From Salpingoeca rosetta (lineage: Eukaryota > Protista > Choanoflagellata): a stretch of DNA of 64,000 nucleotides. The stretch lies in NCBI GenBank assembly GCA_033442325.1, contig JAWQFM010000009.1, forward strand, positions 1,529,672-1,593,671. The letters are read 5' to 3'. The translations under genes were made by a program, and so were the position numbers. Below, in pieces: positions 53,228 through 64,000 of this stretch. How positions within the stretch are numbered: the stretch's first letter is position 1; every line of letters starts with the position of its first letter. The notes below the pieces were generated by a model. That model was not told where the DNA came from. It did not search any database and saw only the letters and a list, made by a program, of their open reading frames with translations.

Positions 53228-54648
53228 TCACGCACCGCCCTCCTTCCACCAAAAGTTGACGGACATGGATGGCGACAGGCTGGTGACAAAGTGCCAGTGG
53301 GACCGAGGCATGTAGAGCGTGTCACCGGGTGCGAGCACGGCCTCCACAAACGCGGCATCCTTCATGGCGGGAAAGCGATCTGTGTCGACATTGCGCGGGT
53401 CTGGAACTCGGGAGATGTTGCTCTGCCCGGCGTAGCGGCCGCCTTCAACAGCCTGTTCACACGCACGCGCGCTTCTGTCGTCTTCGCCGTCGCTGTTGTC
53501 GGCGTTGGTGCTGCCCTTATCATCACCGGCGTCGCCGCTGCCCGACGTGAAAGGGTAGAGCTTGCTTGATTCGCTGGGCGCGAACAGCCGCACGTACTTG
53601 TAGCCGACCACCTGTGCGAGGAGGTTTGGGAACGAGTCAAAGTGGATGGGCGTGACGGTGCCCTTGCTGCCCCACCACACGCTGGCCTCGTGCAGTGAGC
53701 GGTCATGGGTCGAGCACACGTCAGGTATTGCCAGGTCCGCTTGCAGCGCCGGGATCTGCTCCAGCAGGTTGTGTTGTGCAAGATACGCCACCTCAGGCTT
53801 CTGGTCACCCTCTCCACCATTTCCACCACTGCTCGTGCTCGTTGCAGGCTGCGAGAAGTAGCGTGTAAAGAACTCTCGCAGCGTGAGCATGTCCTCGGTG
53901 AGGTGTGGCCACATTCCAAACTCAAGGGGCACGCTGCGTGCACCATACTTGCGCATCATGAATGTGACGTCTGCCCACCGCGATGGCGCGCGCCACTCCG
54001 CCTGCAGGCCCTCCACAACCACGGGCGTATCTGGGTCGGTGGCGAGGTGGTGCTCGAGATCAGCCGCTGGGATGCGCTTGATGGGCTGCTCAAGCGGCGC
54101 TGTTGTCGGGGGCGGCACGTCAAGCATGCTCGTGCTGCTGTTATCAGTGGCGGTGGTGGTGTCGGTGGTCGTGCCACTGTGACCCTCCTCTGTGGCGGTG
54201 CTGAGTTGGGCTGCAGCGAGCTCTGCAACCTCCACAAACTCCTGTGGGCCGCCAACCACAAACGCAGTGTCTGCGTGGCGAGCGACATGGTGCCAGTCTT
54301 CTGCGTGGGCGGCAGCCAAGGCCTGGTAGGCGAGAGCGACGCTCATGGCGCGGGGCCAGTATGCGCCCTCACGCGGCAGCGCCTGCTTGGTGCTCTTTAG
54401 TGTCGCCACTAGGCGCTCCGCCGTCGTCTTCAAACGATCCCACTTTTCCCGCTTGTGCAGCATCTGGCACTTCTCCACCGCGACAGCAACCTTGTCAGTG
54501 CCTGCGTTCATGTTGGGGGGGGGTGTCGAGTGCCAAGGGGAGATTTGGCGATTCGTTGGTGGAGGGTAAGTGGATGATGTGTGGATGGGTGGATGATGGA
54601 TGAGACAGAGAGTCACAGGTAGACAGAGAGACAAACAGAGAGATAGAC

Positions 54649-54679
<31 letters not shown>

Positions 54680-54844
54680 CACAAGCAGACACAGACACAG
54701 ACACAGACACAGACACAGACACAGACACAGACACAGACACAGACACAGACACACACACACACCGAATTCGCGACACTGTGCGAGCAGCGTGGGCTGCTGC
54801 ACATCGAGGATGTTGGTGGTGAGCAGCGTGCACACGTTCTCCAT
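53228..54844 (-). CDS. KDM8: JmjC-domain oxygenase JMJD5/KDM8, ~451 aa, 2 exons
   Basis: Exons 54844-54763 and 54501-53228. YLAQHNLLEQIPALQADLAIPD, WWGSKGTVTPIHFD (HxD), NLLAQVVGYKYVRLF, LAPGDTLYMPRSHWHFVTSLSPSMSVNFWW. Confidence 0.9.
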
Positions 54845-55447
54845 CTTGCCCTGATTATCCCGTGCAATTATTTCAACAATGACTGTGGGCTGACACTTCC
54901 TCTCATCCATTCGTTCATTCATTCATCGCGCTGTCGGCAACAACAACAACAACAACAACGACAATGGAAGGATGCAAACATAACAGCAGCAGTGGCAGGT
55001 GCAGCAGTGCGCACCAACGTAGCAGCAATGGGAGCCACCAACCAAGGATGATCAAAGAAGGAAGACAGTTAAAACCAAGGGAAAGAGACGTGATGTGACA
55101 CAAGGGTATGTGTGTGTGTGTCACCGACGCAATCAAACGCGATAAGAGAGCAAGCAATCAATGGGAGGGGAGGTACAAGTTGGAGGTGGGTAGATCAAGT
55201 TAGGTCAAACAAGCAGTGGAAGACAAAAATAAAGAAACAAACAAGGCAAGGCAAGCGATGAGAAGGCAATGCAAGACAAGGCAAGTGTGCAACGGTCAAC
55301 GCAGCGCGGGATGCGGTGGGGACGAGGACATGGCACGGTGTGACCACGGTCGCACATGATGACATCGCCTGTATCAACCACCGCAACAACGGAACGAATG
55401 GAGCAACAACAAGGGAGAGGGCACAAGGGGAGAGGGAAAGTGTCATC

Positions 55448-55942
55448 TCAGACATCCACGTCGTCGTGCCTGGCCGCCTTCCTGCTCATACAGTTTAAGT
55501 ATGTGGATGTGAGAGAGGGTGAGTGCGTGTGTGTGAATGGATCATTGTAGCAGCTGATAGCGAAGCTAGGAAGCGCAAGCAGACAAACAAGCATGCACAC
55601 AGACAGACAGACACGCAAGCCAACCGACGAACCAGAGTGTGGGGTCCATGTACATTGGGTTCTCAATGTGGTCTGGACGGGCGTCCACACGGCTGCAAGG
55701 GACCCAAAGCACGTGGTGACGATATCAGAACAAGCAGTGCACCCAACGATTACGCAGACAGCGAAGCAGAAAAGACGAACACAGACAGACAGACAGACAG
55801 GCAGACAGACAGACACACAGGGCACACACACACACACACACACAGAGCACACACACACACATAGACAGACAGACAGACACACGCACACACACACACACAC
55901 ACAGAGCACACACACACACACAGAGACACACACACACGAGAC

Positions 55943-55981
<39 letters not shown>

Positions 55982-56253
55982 TAAGCCCTCGACATTTATC
56001 AGGCCAGGTATGTTGCAAGTCAAGCTCAACCATACAATGTTCCGCTTCTGCAGCTTAATACCAACCACCGAAACTCAGGAATATATGCAGCCTGGATGCA
56101 CCCCGAGGGAGTATGAGACGGTACCGCAAGCCTGGCGAAACGTCCCCAGTGAGGGTATTCGAGCGCTACTCGCATTGCTAACAGAGCAGACACACATACT
56201 GCAGACGAGGTGCATATGTCACACACACACACGACGACACACACACACACGAC

Positions 56254-56314
<61 letters not shown>

Positions 56315-56966
56315 CACAAGAACGTACACAGCGGCGGATTTGCGTCGGGAGACGGCGACAGCGACGATGGCAATGACGGCCACGACGCCAACGGCAGCAC
56401 CAACGGCAATGTACGTCGTGGCGCTCGCCGTGTTGTCCTCACCGCTGCTGCCGCTCTGCACCTCTCGCGACGTGCTGCCAATCTGTAACAGGGACATGTG
56501 TGCATGCGCGCGCGTGCGTGTGTTTGCATATCCGTGAGCGAAGCAACGCAGGGCGCTTGCTGCGCAGATGCACAGAGCCGCAGGAGCAACAGCACCACAC
56601 GACCCCACATCAAATACCACACACCACCATGCCACTCGCTAGCACTGGACAGCACTCGACAGCACGTGATAACGAGTGCGGCGGCGCAACGTACGCGAGA
56701 GGCGGAGAAGTTGGTGGAGGAGGAGTTGAGCGACACGAACACATCGCCAGTATTGATGCTCTTCTCAACAGCGTCAGCCTGTGGTTGATATAGAATGAGG
56801 GGTTGATGCGGAGGGGTGTCGGGTGAGAACATGGGAAGGTGACAAGAAACCTCATACGACGGACGGCAAGCCACAGAAGCACAAACAGAAGCTAAAACAC
56901 AGGCACACAGACAGACAAACAAACAAACACATAAACACACACGCACGCACGCACGCACAAATACAC

Positions 56967-56997
<31 letters not shown>

Positions 56998-57756
56998 CAC
57001 ACACACACACACACGCAGATAAACAGACGCATGGTTTTGCGTGTTTGACATGCGTGGCGACGTACGTCGTTGATGGAAGCGAGCTGGACAACGAAGCGGA
57101 CTTCCACGGCGGACGCGCGGCGACGGCCAACAATCTCAATCTTCACGTCCAGCGCACGCACACCGGTCGTGCTCTCGATGTGCGCGATGAACTCGCGACG
57201 CAGGACAGCAACGTCGAGCGTGTTGCCGTCAACAGTCACGGACATGCGGCCAATGATGAGCACGGCAGGTGCGGGCAGCTCCGTCTCCGTGGTGGACGAG
57301 GATGATGTTGATGACGATGATGATGACGGCCAGGTTGAGGTCGCCGAGGAGGAGGAGGGGGAGGATGGGACCGATGATGATGAAGATGATGGAGACGAAG
57401 AAGAAGAAGAAGATGGTGACGACGAAGAGGAAGATGAACCGGTCTGTGGTGAAGACGAAGAAGTGGAGGCGGGTGTTCCCGGCAGAGCATCGGGCGTCGT
57501 CGGTTGTGTGTCGTGCTGTTCCATGCACAAATACGGCTTGCAGTCCGCACAGTCTGCTGGCGATGGCACGCACTCGTGCTGTGGAGGAGAAGAGGGGGGG
57601 GGGGGAGCACATGAGGGTGAGAAGAAAAAAAAAGCTATGGAGAGGTGGATATGTGCACATGTGGACGAAACTCGTAGCGAGACAGGGAACTGATGGACAG
57701 ATGGCTGGACGGACAGACGTACAGACAGGTGTACCAACACACAGACAGACAGACAG

Positions 57757-57787
<31 letters not shown>

Positions 57788-58548
57788 GCCGCATACTCAC
57801 GCCGTGGGGGCAGGGGTTGGGCTGGCACACGTTCTTGCTGACGCATTCATATTGAATGCAGGGTGTGGTGATGCACGCGATGCGAAGGTCGACGCAAACC
57901 TGCCATGATGCAACGCAGTGTATTGGTGAGTCACACAGTGAGCGAATAAAGCCGCTAACGTACAATGAGCACACAATGGCACACAGACACACACAGGTAC
58001 AGACACAGATACACAAACACAGACATAGACAGACACACACAGACATAGACAAAGACATAGACAGACAGACAGACACACACAGCTACATCACCATCAGCCT
58101 CCTCCCACCTTATCCGAGGTGCACGGGTGTTCGAAGCAGTGCTCCTTGGCAACACACGTCGGCTGGGGCGGGCAGGGGGCGGTAATGCACTCCACCCTCT
58201 GCGGAACGCACTTGTGTGTGGGAAGACAGTCGTAACTGGCGCACACGTCCACCTGGCACGTGCCGTGGAGGCACACAAGGCCGGCGTCACACGTTGGGCC
58301 CACATCGCCGTCAGCGACACAGCGCTCGCCCTCTCCAGCCGACTTGCATTTGAGATTGCCACAGCCAACGATGCAGCCGCACTTGTAATCAAACTGGCAG
58401 CGGTTGTGGGGGAAACGGAAAGGGGTGGTGGCGGTGAAGGATGAGGAAGACGTGAGGAGGTTGAAGCAAGACTGACTGATGACAACACAGTTCATGATGC
58501 ACGGTACACAGGCAGACAGACAAAACCACAAGCATAGACACACAGGTA

Positions 58549-58616
<68 letters not shown>

Positions 58617-59276
58617 CACACACACGTGCGAGCACCTCGTAGCGGCATCCCTGTGGCGGTGCGGGGCAGGGCGGGGGTGGCGGGCACGTCACGTCGCCAC
58701 ACGAATCGGAGGTGGTGGAGGTCGTGGTTGTCTCGACTGTCGATGAGGATGGCATGGAAGTGGTGAACGATGTTGTGGTTGACGACGTGGTTGACGACGT
58801 GGTTGTCTCAGTCGAGGATGAGGATGTCGGTTCGACCAGGGAGCTGGACGGAGCGGGACTGTGCGGCGAGACAAAAGGATCGAACGAACGGCAAACGCAC
58901 AGTCGAAACAGAAAAGGGTGAGGGGTAGCGTGCACGACACGGGAACATAGCAGAAATAGGCGGGCGCGCCATGCAAGCACGGAACAAGCGGTTGGTGCTG
59001 ACTCACTTGCATTCGCACGTGTCGCAGCCATCCTCATCCACAGCGTAGCCGTATTCGCAGGGCCCCATGCAGCGGAGAACAGGGCACGGCTCCTCCTTGC
59101 ACTCACACATCTCACACCCCTGCACACGGAAGACGAGGACGAGAGTGGTCAGTCGTATGTGTATGCATGGGTGAGATGAAGTTCGGTCAAAAATGCAAAG
59201 TTGGTTCGTGGTGTCAATGCTGTCTGAGAAACATGTACCACGCAGCACGCCAAAGCGCGCGCGCACACACGCACAC

Positions 59277-59328
<52 letters not shown>

Positions 59329-60983
59329 GACTCACGTTTTCGTCGCGCTTGAAGCCGTTCTCGCAGTAGAGATCGCACAGGACGTCGCTGCACGTGTGCT
59401 CAAGACAGCGCGGCTGCTGCAGGATACCCGGTCCACACGCCCGCCGCGTGCACGCCTCTGTGAACATGCACGTCACACACAAGCACATGGCGAGCCCAAG
59501 AGTGGTTGGGGGTGAGGGCATGCGTTGACACACGAACTACGCGCACCTTGGGTGTGTGTGTGTGTGTGCATAAACATGCACACAACCATGACCACACACC
59601 CACACACAGACACAGACACAGAGGGCATGCATTCATGCATGACACATAACCAGCCACTCACCGAGGCCGTCCTCATTGATGGTGCACTCGTTGCAGCCGT
59701 CGAACCAGCGGACGCACGAGTCTGGCAGCATCTCCAGGCACCGTGGCTCTTCCATCGAGTCCTCCGCACACGCGCGCAGCGTGCACACTGGCAGAGGAAC
59801 AGGGACAGGCAGGGGGTGGGGTGGCGTGGTGGCAACAAGGAACGCAAGAGGTGTGAGATGGGATCACGGGACAAAGAAACACCCGTCCAAGACTTCGCCG
59901 ACGGCGTTTTTTCCTTTCTCTCCCCGCACACAGAGAATGTGACTTACAGTATGGCTTGCCGCCTGCAACGGAGCACGTGTTGCAGCCGTCAAACCAGGTG
60001 AGGCAGCGGTGTGGGATGCGCGGCGGCGAAAACTCAAGACAGCGCGGCTCCTCATGGCGGAAGCACGCAATCTCCGTGCACCCTGACGCAACACCACACG
60101 ATCACAGCATTTGATCAAATGGCACAACACAGGCGGTGAGCAGTCACATCGCGATCATCATGCCCCATCGTTATTTTGAAACGTTCAATCCACAACGAAA
60201 CACGGCTCAACGCAACGCAATGCACCACCACCACCACCACCACCACCATTTGCCAGTGCTGCGTACCGGTGATCTTGCCATCCTCGACCATGCACGTGTT
60301 GCATCCGTCGTACCAGCGGACACAGTCACGCGGGATGGCCGGGCGTGTGGTGGCGGTGGTCGCGGTCGATGGCGCAGAAGACGTCGTGGGCGAAGACGTG
60401 CTCTCGTCCTCATAGTGGTCGTCGTCGACTTTGTAGTCGTCATAGTAGTCATCATAGTAGTCATAGTCGTCATCGTCGTCTTCCTCATCGTCTTCTAGAC
60501 GTTTGATGAGACACACACGCACGCATGAAAGGATGAGCGCAGTTCACATGAGAATGCGTGAGGGCGCACGCACTTGCGCTCGAGCATACACAGAACAACA
60601 CAACAGCGACCGATGTCAGCTCGCAACAAGTGAGCAAGTTGCTTGCAGGCAAAGTAAAGCGTAGGAAACTCACCGCATGGGCCCTGGTGCCTGACACCGA
60701 CGTTAAAGGCAAAGCAGGGGTTGCTGTACGTGTCACCGTCGCAGCCGCACACGGGCGCATAATACTCCGGGCAAAAGATCTCAACTTGCGGCACACACAC
60801 GCCCGCTGTCATTGTGCCGTCGCTGTGCACACAACGACAACCATCATACACATGCGTGCAAGGATGCGGGTACGTGAGAGTTCGTGCGTTCGTGCGTGTG
60901 TGTGTGTGTGGGCAGTAAATGATGACATTGCAATTTGTGTGTCATCGTGATGACAAAATGCGAATGCAGCGTGCAGCATCCTC

Positions 60984-61041
<58 letters not shown>

Positions 61042-61970
61042 CAGTGCGAGTCAATGACAAACTCACTCTGCGATGTCGCCAATGCACGTGTTTTCGGTTT
61101 GCGGCCGGCAGGCGAAGCCCTCGCCACACTGCTCGCGGCGCACACAGGTGGTCTGAAGATCAAGGGAGAGAGGCGGTGTGTGCGTGTGTGTGTTTGTGAG
61201 TGCGTGCATGGGGTCACTGTGAGGGGGGGGGGGTCCGTGTAAGCAGGAAGAGTCATGTGTGCGTGTGAGTACTGCATGAAGGACGCCTTCTCAACCCTGC
61301 ACTTGCAAACTGTCACTCACGCCAAAGGGCGATGGCGAAGAAGAAGAAGAAGAAGAAGAAGAAGAAGGCGATGATGATGGGGATGATGATGATGATGATG
61401 ATGATGGGGAGGAGGTGGTGTCTGTGGATGCGGTTGAGGTTGACGGCTCGCATGGGCCGCGGTGCCTGACACCGTAGTAACCCGCATGGCACTTGTTCGA
61501 ATATGTCCGCCCGTTGCACCCGCACACGGGTGCATACTCAAGCGTGCACACCCTAATGTCATTGGGGCGCGGCGCGCATTCTCCAACGAGCTGCACGTCG
61601 CCGCTGCAGTTGTGGTGGCGGTGGCGGAATGGGGGTGAGGATTGCAAGGAAAGACATAGAGCACACCACATGACACGATGGCGCACGTGCTTGTGAATGA
61701 GTGTGTGTGAGCGTGAGTGTGTGTGTGTGTGTGTGTAACTGTGAACTGTGCGCGCGCATGCATTTGTGTATTTCGGGCTCACGAACATGAAATCGCCGGG
61801 GCAGCCGTCCTGTTCTGTGCGGCAGTAGTGGAGAGGTCCGCACTGCTCATGTGACGTGCAGCGCTGCCGGTGTAACCATGCACAGACGTGGAGGGATGAG
61901 GTTGGGGTTGGGATTGGGGTGCGTTAGGGTTGACAAACAAGACGAAACAGTACACACGTTGGTACGCAGA

Positions 61971-62035
<65 letters not shown>

Positions 62036-62744
62036 CAGACTGACAGACAGACATCCCAGCCATGCACCCCCTCTTTTCGTACGTACGCGCACACACGCAC
62101 ACACGCACACACATCTACCTCTGGTGGGGGAAGGCATTCGCCGTCCTCGCAGCCATGGGGACAGTCGAGCATGGTGCAGGGGTCCACGGGGTCCTTGCAC
62201 GTGGAGCCACAGCCGTTTGAGCAGCACAACTTATCGCCCTCACAGTCATCATGGTTGAAGCAACCCTCAACACAGATGCCTGTGTGTGTGTGATGGGAGT
62301 TGTGACAGCGTGAGGACATGCGAAGAGCAAGCAGGGGCCGCTTGTTGGTGTTGGTTATGGTTGTTTGCTGGATGGCCCCTCATTGTGCACGTGCCTGTGG
62401 CATGTCTTCCACACTCATTGGTTCGCGTACCAAACACGTCGTTCGACAGGGGTGGGCATCGTGGATCTGGTGCATGAACAGCGAAGCAACCACAGATGAA
62501 GGTAAACAAGCAAGGCAAGCATAATGGCTCAGATGGAAGAAACCCGAACAAACGCAGGAAGCTTCAGCATAGCACACACCAACAACACAAACACAAACAC
62601 ACACACACACACACACACACAAACAAACAAACAAACAAACACACACACACACACAAACACAAACACCACAACGTGCGCACCCTGATCCGCGACAATGGCA
62701 CCAATCACGGAAGCCAGCACCACAAGGGCGAGGCTGCACCGCAT
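55448..62744 (-). CDS. Type-I membrane Cys-rich protein: signal peptide, WAP, 2 Kazal, acidic Tyr patch, 3 DGCNxC repeats, 2 antistasin, further Cys-rich repeats, S/T linkers, SEA-like juxtamembrane region, TM, NPxY tail
   Basis: MRCSLALVVLASVIGAIVA; CVEGCFNHDDCEGDKLCCSNGCGSTC; CTLEYAPVCGCNGRTYSNKC; CPEYYAPVCGCDGDTYSNPC; CVRWYDGCNTC; CDLYCENGFKRDEN|GCEMCEC; CMGPCEYGYAVDEDGCDTCEC; IAVGAAVGVVAVIAIVAVAVSRRK; tail IENPMY...HDDVDV*. Confidence 0.85.
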
Positions 62745-63486
62745 GGTTGGTGTTGGTGGTATTTCTCAACGAACAGCAGACAACAAGACGCTCGTCGTGT
62801 GTTGTATCTGTGGTGGTGTGAATTGTGGGCAAGTTACCGTGAGCTCTGAGGTGGCAGTTGCAGGAGGAAGGAACAGTCTCAAGCACACAAAATGAAAAAA
62901 ATGGGAAGGAAGGAAGACTGCTGTCATCTCTTTCACGCTCGTCTCTGGCTGCCAAGCAAGGTTGACATAGCGTTCACATAGCCGTATCACCACAACCCCT
63001 CTCCTCTCCTTCATCTCCGCGACATCACATTGCCTCCTCACCGTTCCCAGCACGCGCATCATCACCATCACCGTCAACCTGCCTGCCAGCTTCACTCACT
63101 TCGTTTGTGGTCGTCGTCACGCCTGATGTGAATTGCAGATTTCCATGTAAGTTGTTTACAATATTCGGCAATTCCCACAAGCCAAATGCGACACAGAAGA
63201 AGAATTATTGGCGTTTGGATTGTCGGACGCAGCGGCAAGACAACAACAGCACACAGACCTTCCAACAAACACACCACCAGCACAAAACCACAAGCACAGC
63301 TTCTTGACGCCTCCAAAGCACAGGCACAAGGCACGCTTGGTATTCCCTTGCTTGGCGCGCGCCCGCGCTCAGTGGGACAAATAGGTGTCTGGTACGTTGG
63401 TCGGGTGGATGTGCTGTTTTGGTTCTTTGGTGGGAACATGAAATCCAATGCATGAATGCGCTATCAGCTCGTCACGTCAATCTCAA

Positions 63487-64000
63487 TCAATTGCCGGCCG
63501 AAAGTGCGTCAGCTTTCTCATCCATGACGTGTTGCTGCTGCTGCTGCTGTTGTTGTTGTCGTTGTTCTTGTTGTGCCTGAGCATGTGCATCATCCCCTTC
63601 TCCACCCCTTTCCCTTTCTTCAACCTTTTCCTCTTCTTCATCGCCACCGTGGCCTTCCGCATCGCTCCCATCGTCATCTTCATCACTGCTGTCGTCTTCA
63701 TCCGTGTCCTCCTCCTCCTCTTCATCACTGCTACCGCCTTCGTCGTCATCGTCACTGCCGTCCTCATCAACATCGTCACTGTCATCGTCGTCGTCATCGC
63801 TGTCGTTCAGCAGCGCCTCTATCGCCTCCAGTGGGAAGCGAATGTGTTTCTTCTCAACGCGAATCCCGCGCACGTGCGCCGCAAAGCTGTCGATGGTGGC
63901 GGCGTTCACGCCCTGTATCCATACGCACAGGTCGTTCAAATAGATGTCGTTGAGCACATATCGCACCTCGTCCACAGCAAGCAGCCGCCGCGCGCCCTGT
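63487..64000 (-). CDS. SHQ1: SHQ1 H/ACA snoRNP assembly factor, 3' end only (runs off the window)
   Basis: RYVLNDIYLNDLCVWIQ...IRVEKKHIRFPLEAIE matches the SHQ1 C-terminal YILNDLYIxDYCVWIQ motif, followed by an acidic tail. Confidence 0.8.
   Translation of the reverse strand, partial: QGARRLLAVDEVRYVLNDIYLNDLCVWIQGVNAATIDSFAAHVRGIRVEKKHIRFPLEAIEALLNDSDDDDDDSDDVDEDGSDDDDEGGSSDEEEEEDTDEDDSSDEDDDGSDAEGHGGDEEEEKVEERERGGEGDDAHAQAQQEQRQQQQQQQQQHVMDEKADALSAGN

Overview
Eukaryotic, gene-dense, intron-rich window. Introns and intergenic DNA are full of (GT)/(CA)-type microsatellites, so most ORFs in the six-frame track are artefacts. Gene content, codon style and intron style suggest a choanoflagellate such as Salpingoeca rosetta (inference only). 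Manual GT-AG splicing gives about 13 genes, in order: UBAP1-like ESCRT-I subunit (-), BUD31 (+), GPN2 (+), low-MW thioredoxin reductase with a presequence (-), RNASEK/V-ATPase subunit f (+), FHIP2/FAM160B (-), a membrane-anchored UPF0489/C5orf22-family protein (+), APC1 (-), a coiled-coil + PD-(D/E)xK-like + atypical kinase protein resembling Crinkler/RHS effectors (-), a KIAA0930/DUF2045 homolog (+), a CCDC62-like coiled-coil protein (+), JMJD5/KDM8 (-), a large type-I membrane protein with WAP/Kazal/antistasin/DGCNxC modules and an NPxY + PDZ-ligand tail (-), and the 3' end of SHQ1 (-). A tRNA-Ala(CGC) lies just upstream of APC1. The strongest leads are the nuclease-fold/kinase effector-like gene, the protease-inhibitor-array receptor, complementary GT/CA tracts at opposite ends of many introns, and a compositionally foreign solo-LTR-like island at ~8.05-8.31 kb. 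All homology calls are from motif recognition by eye; no database searches were run.
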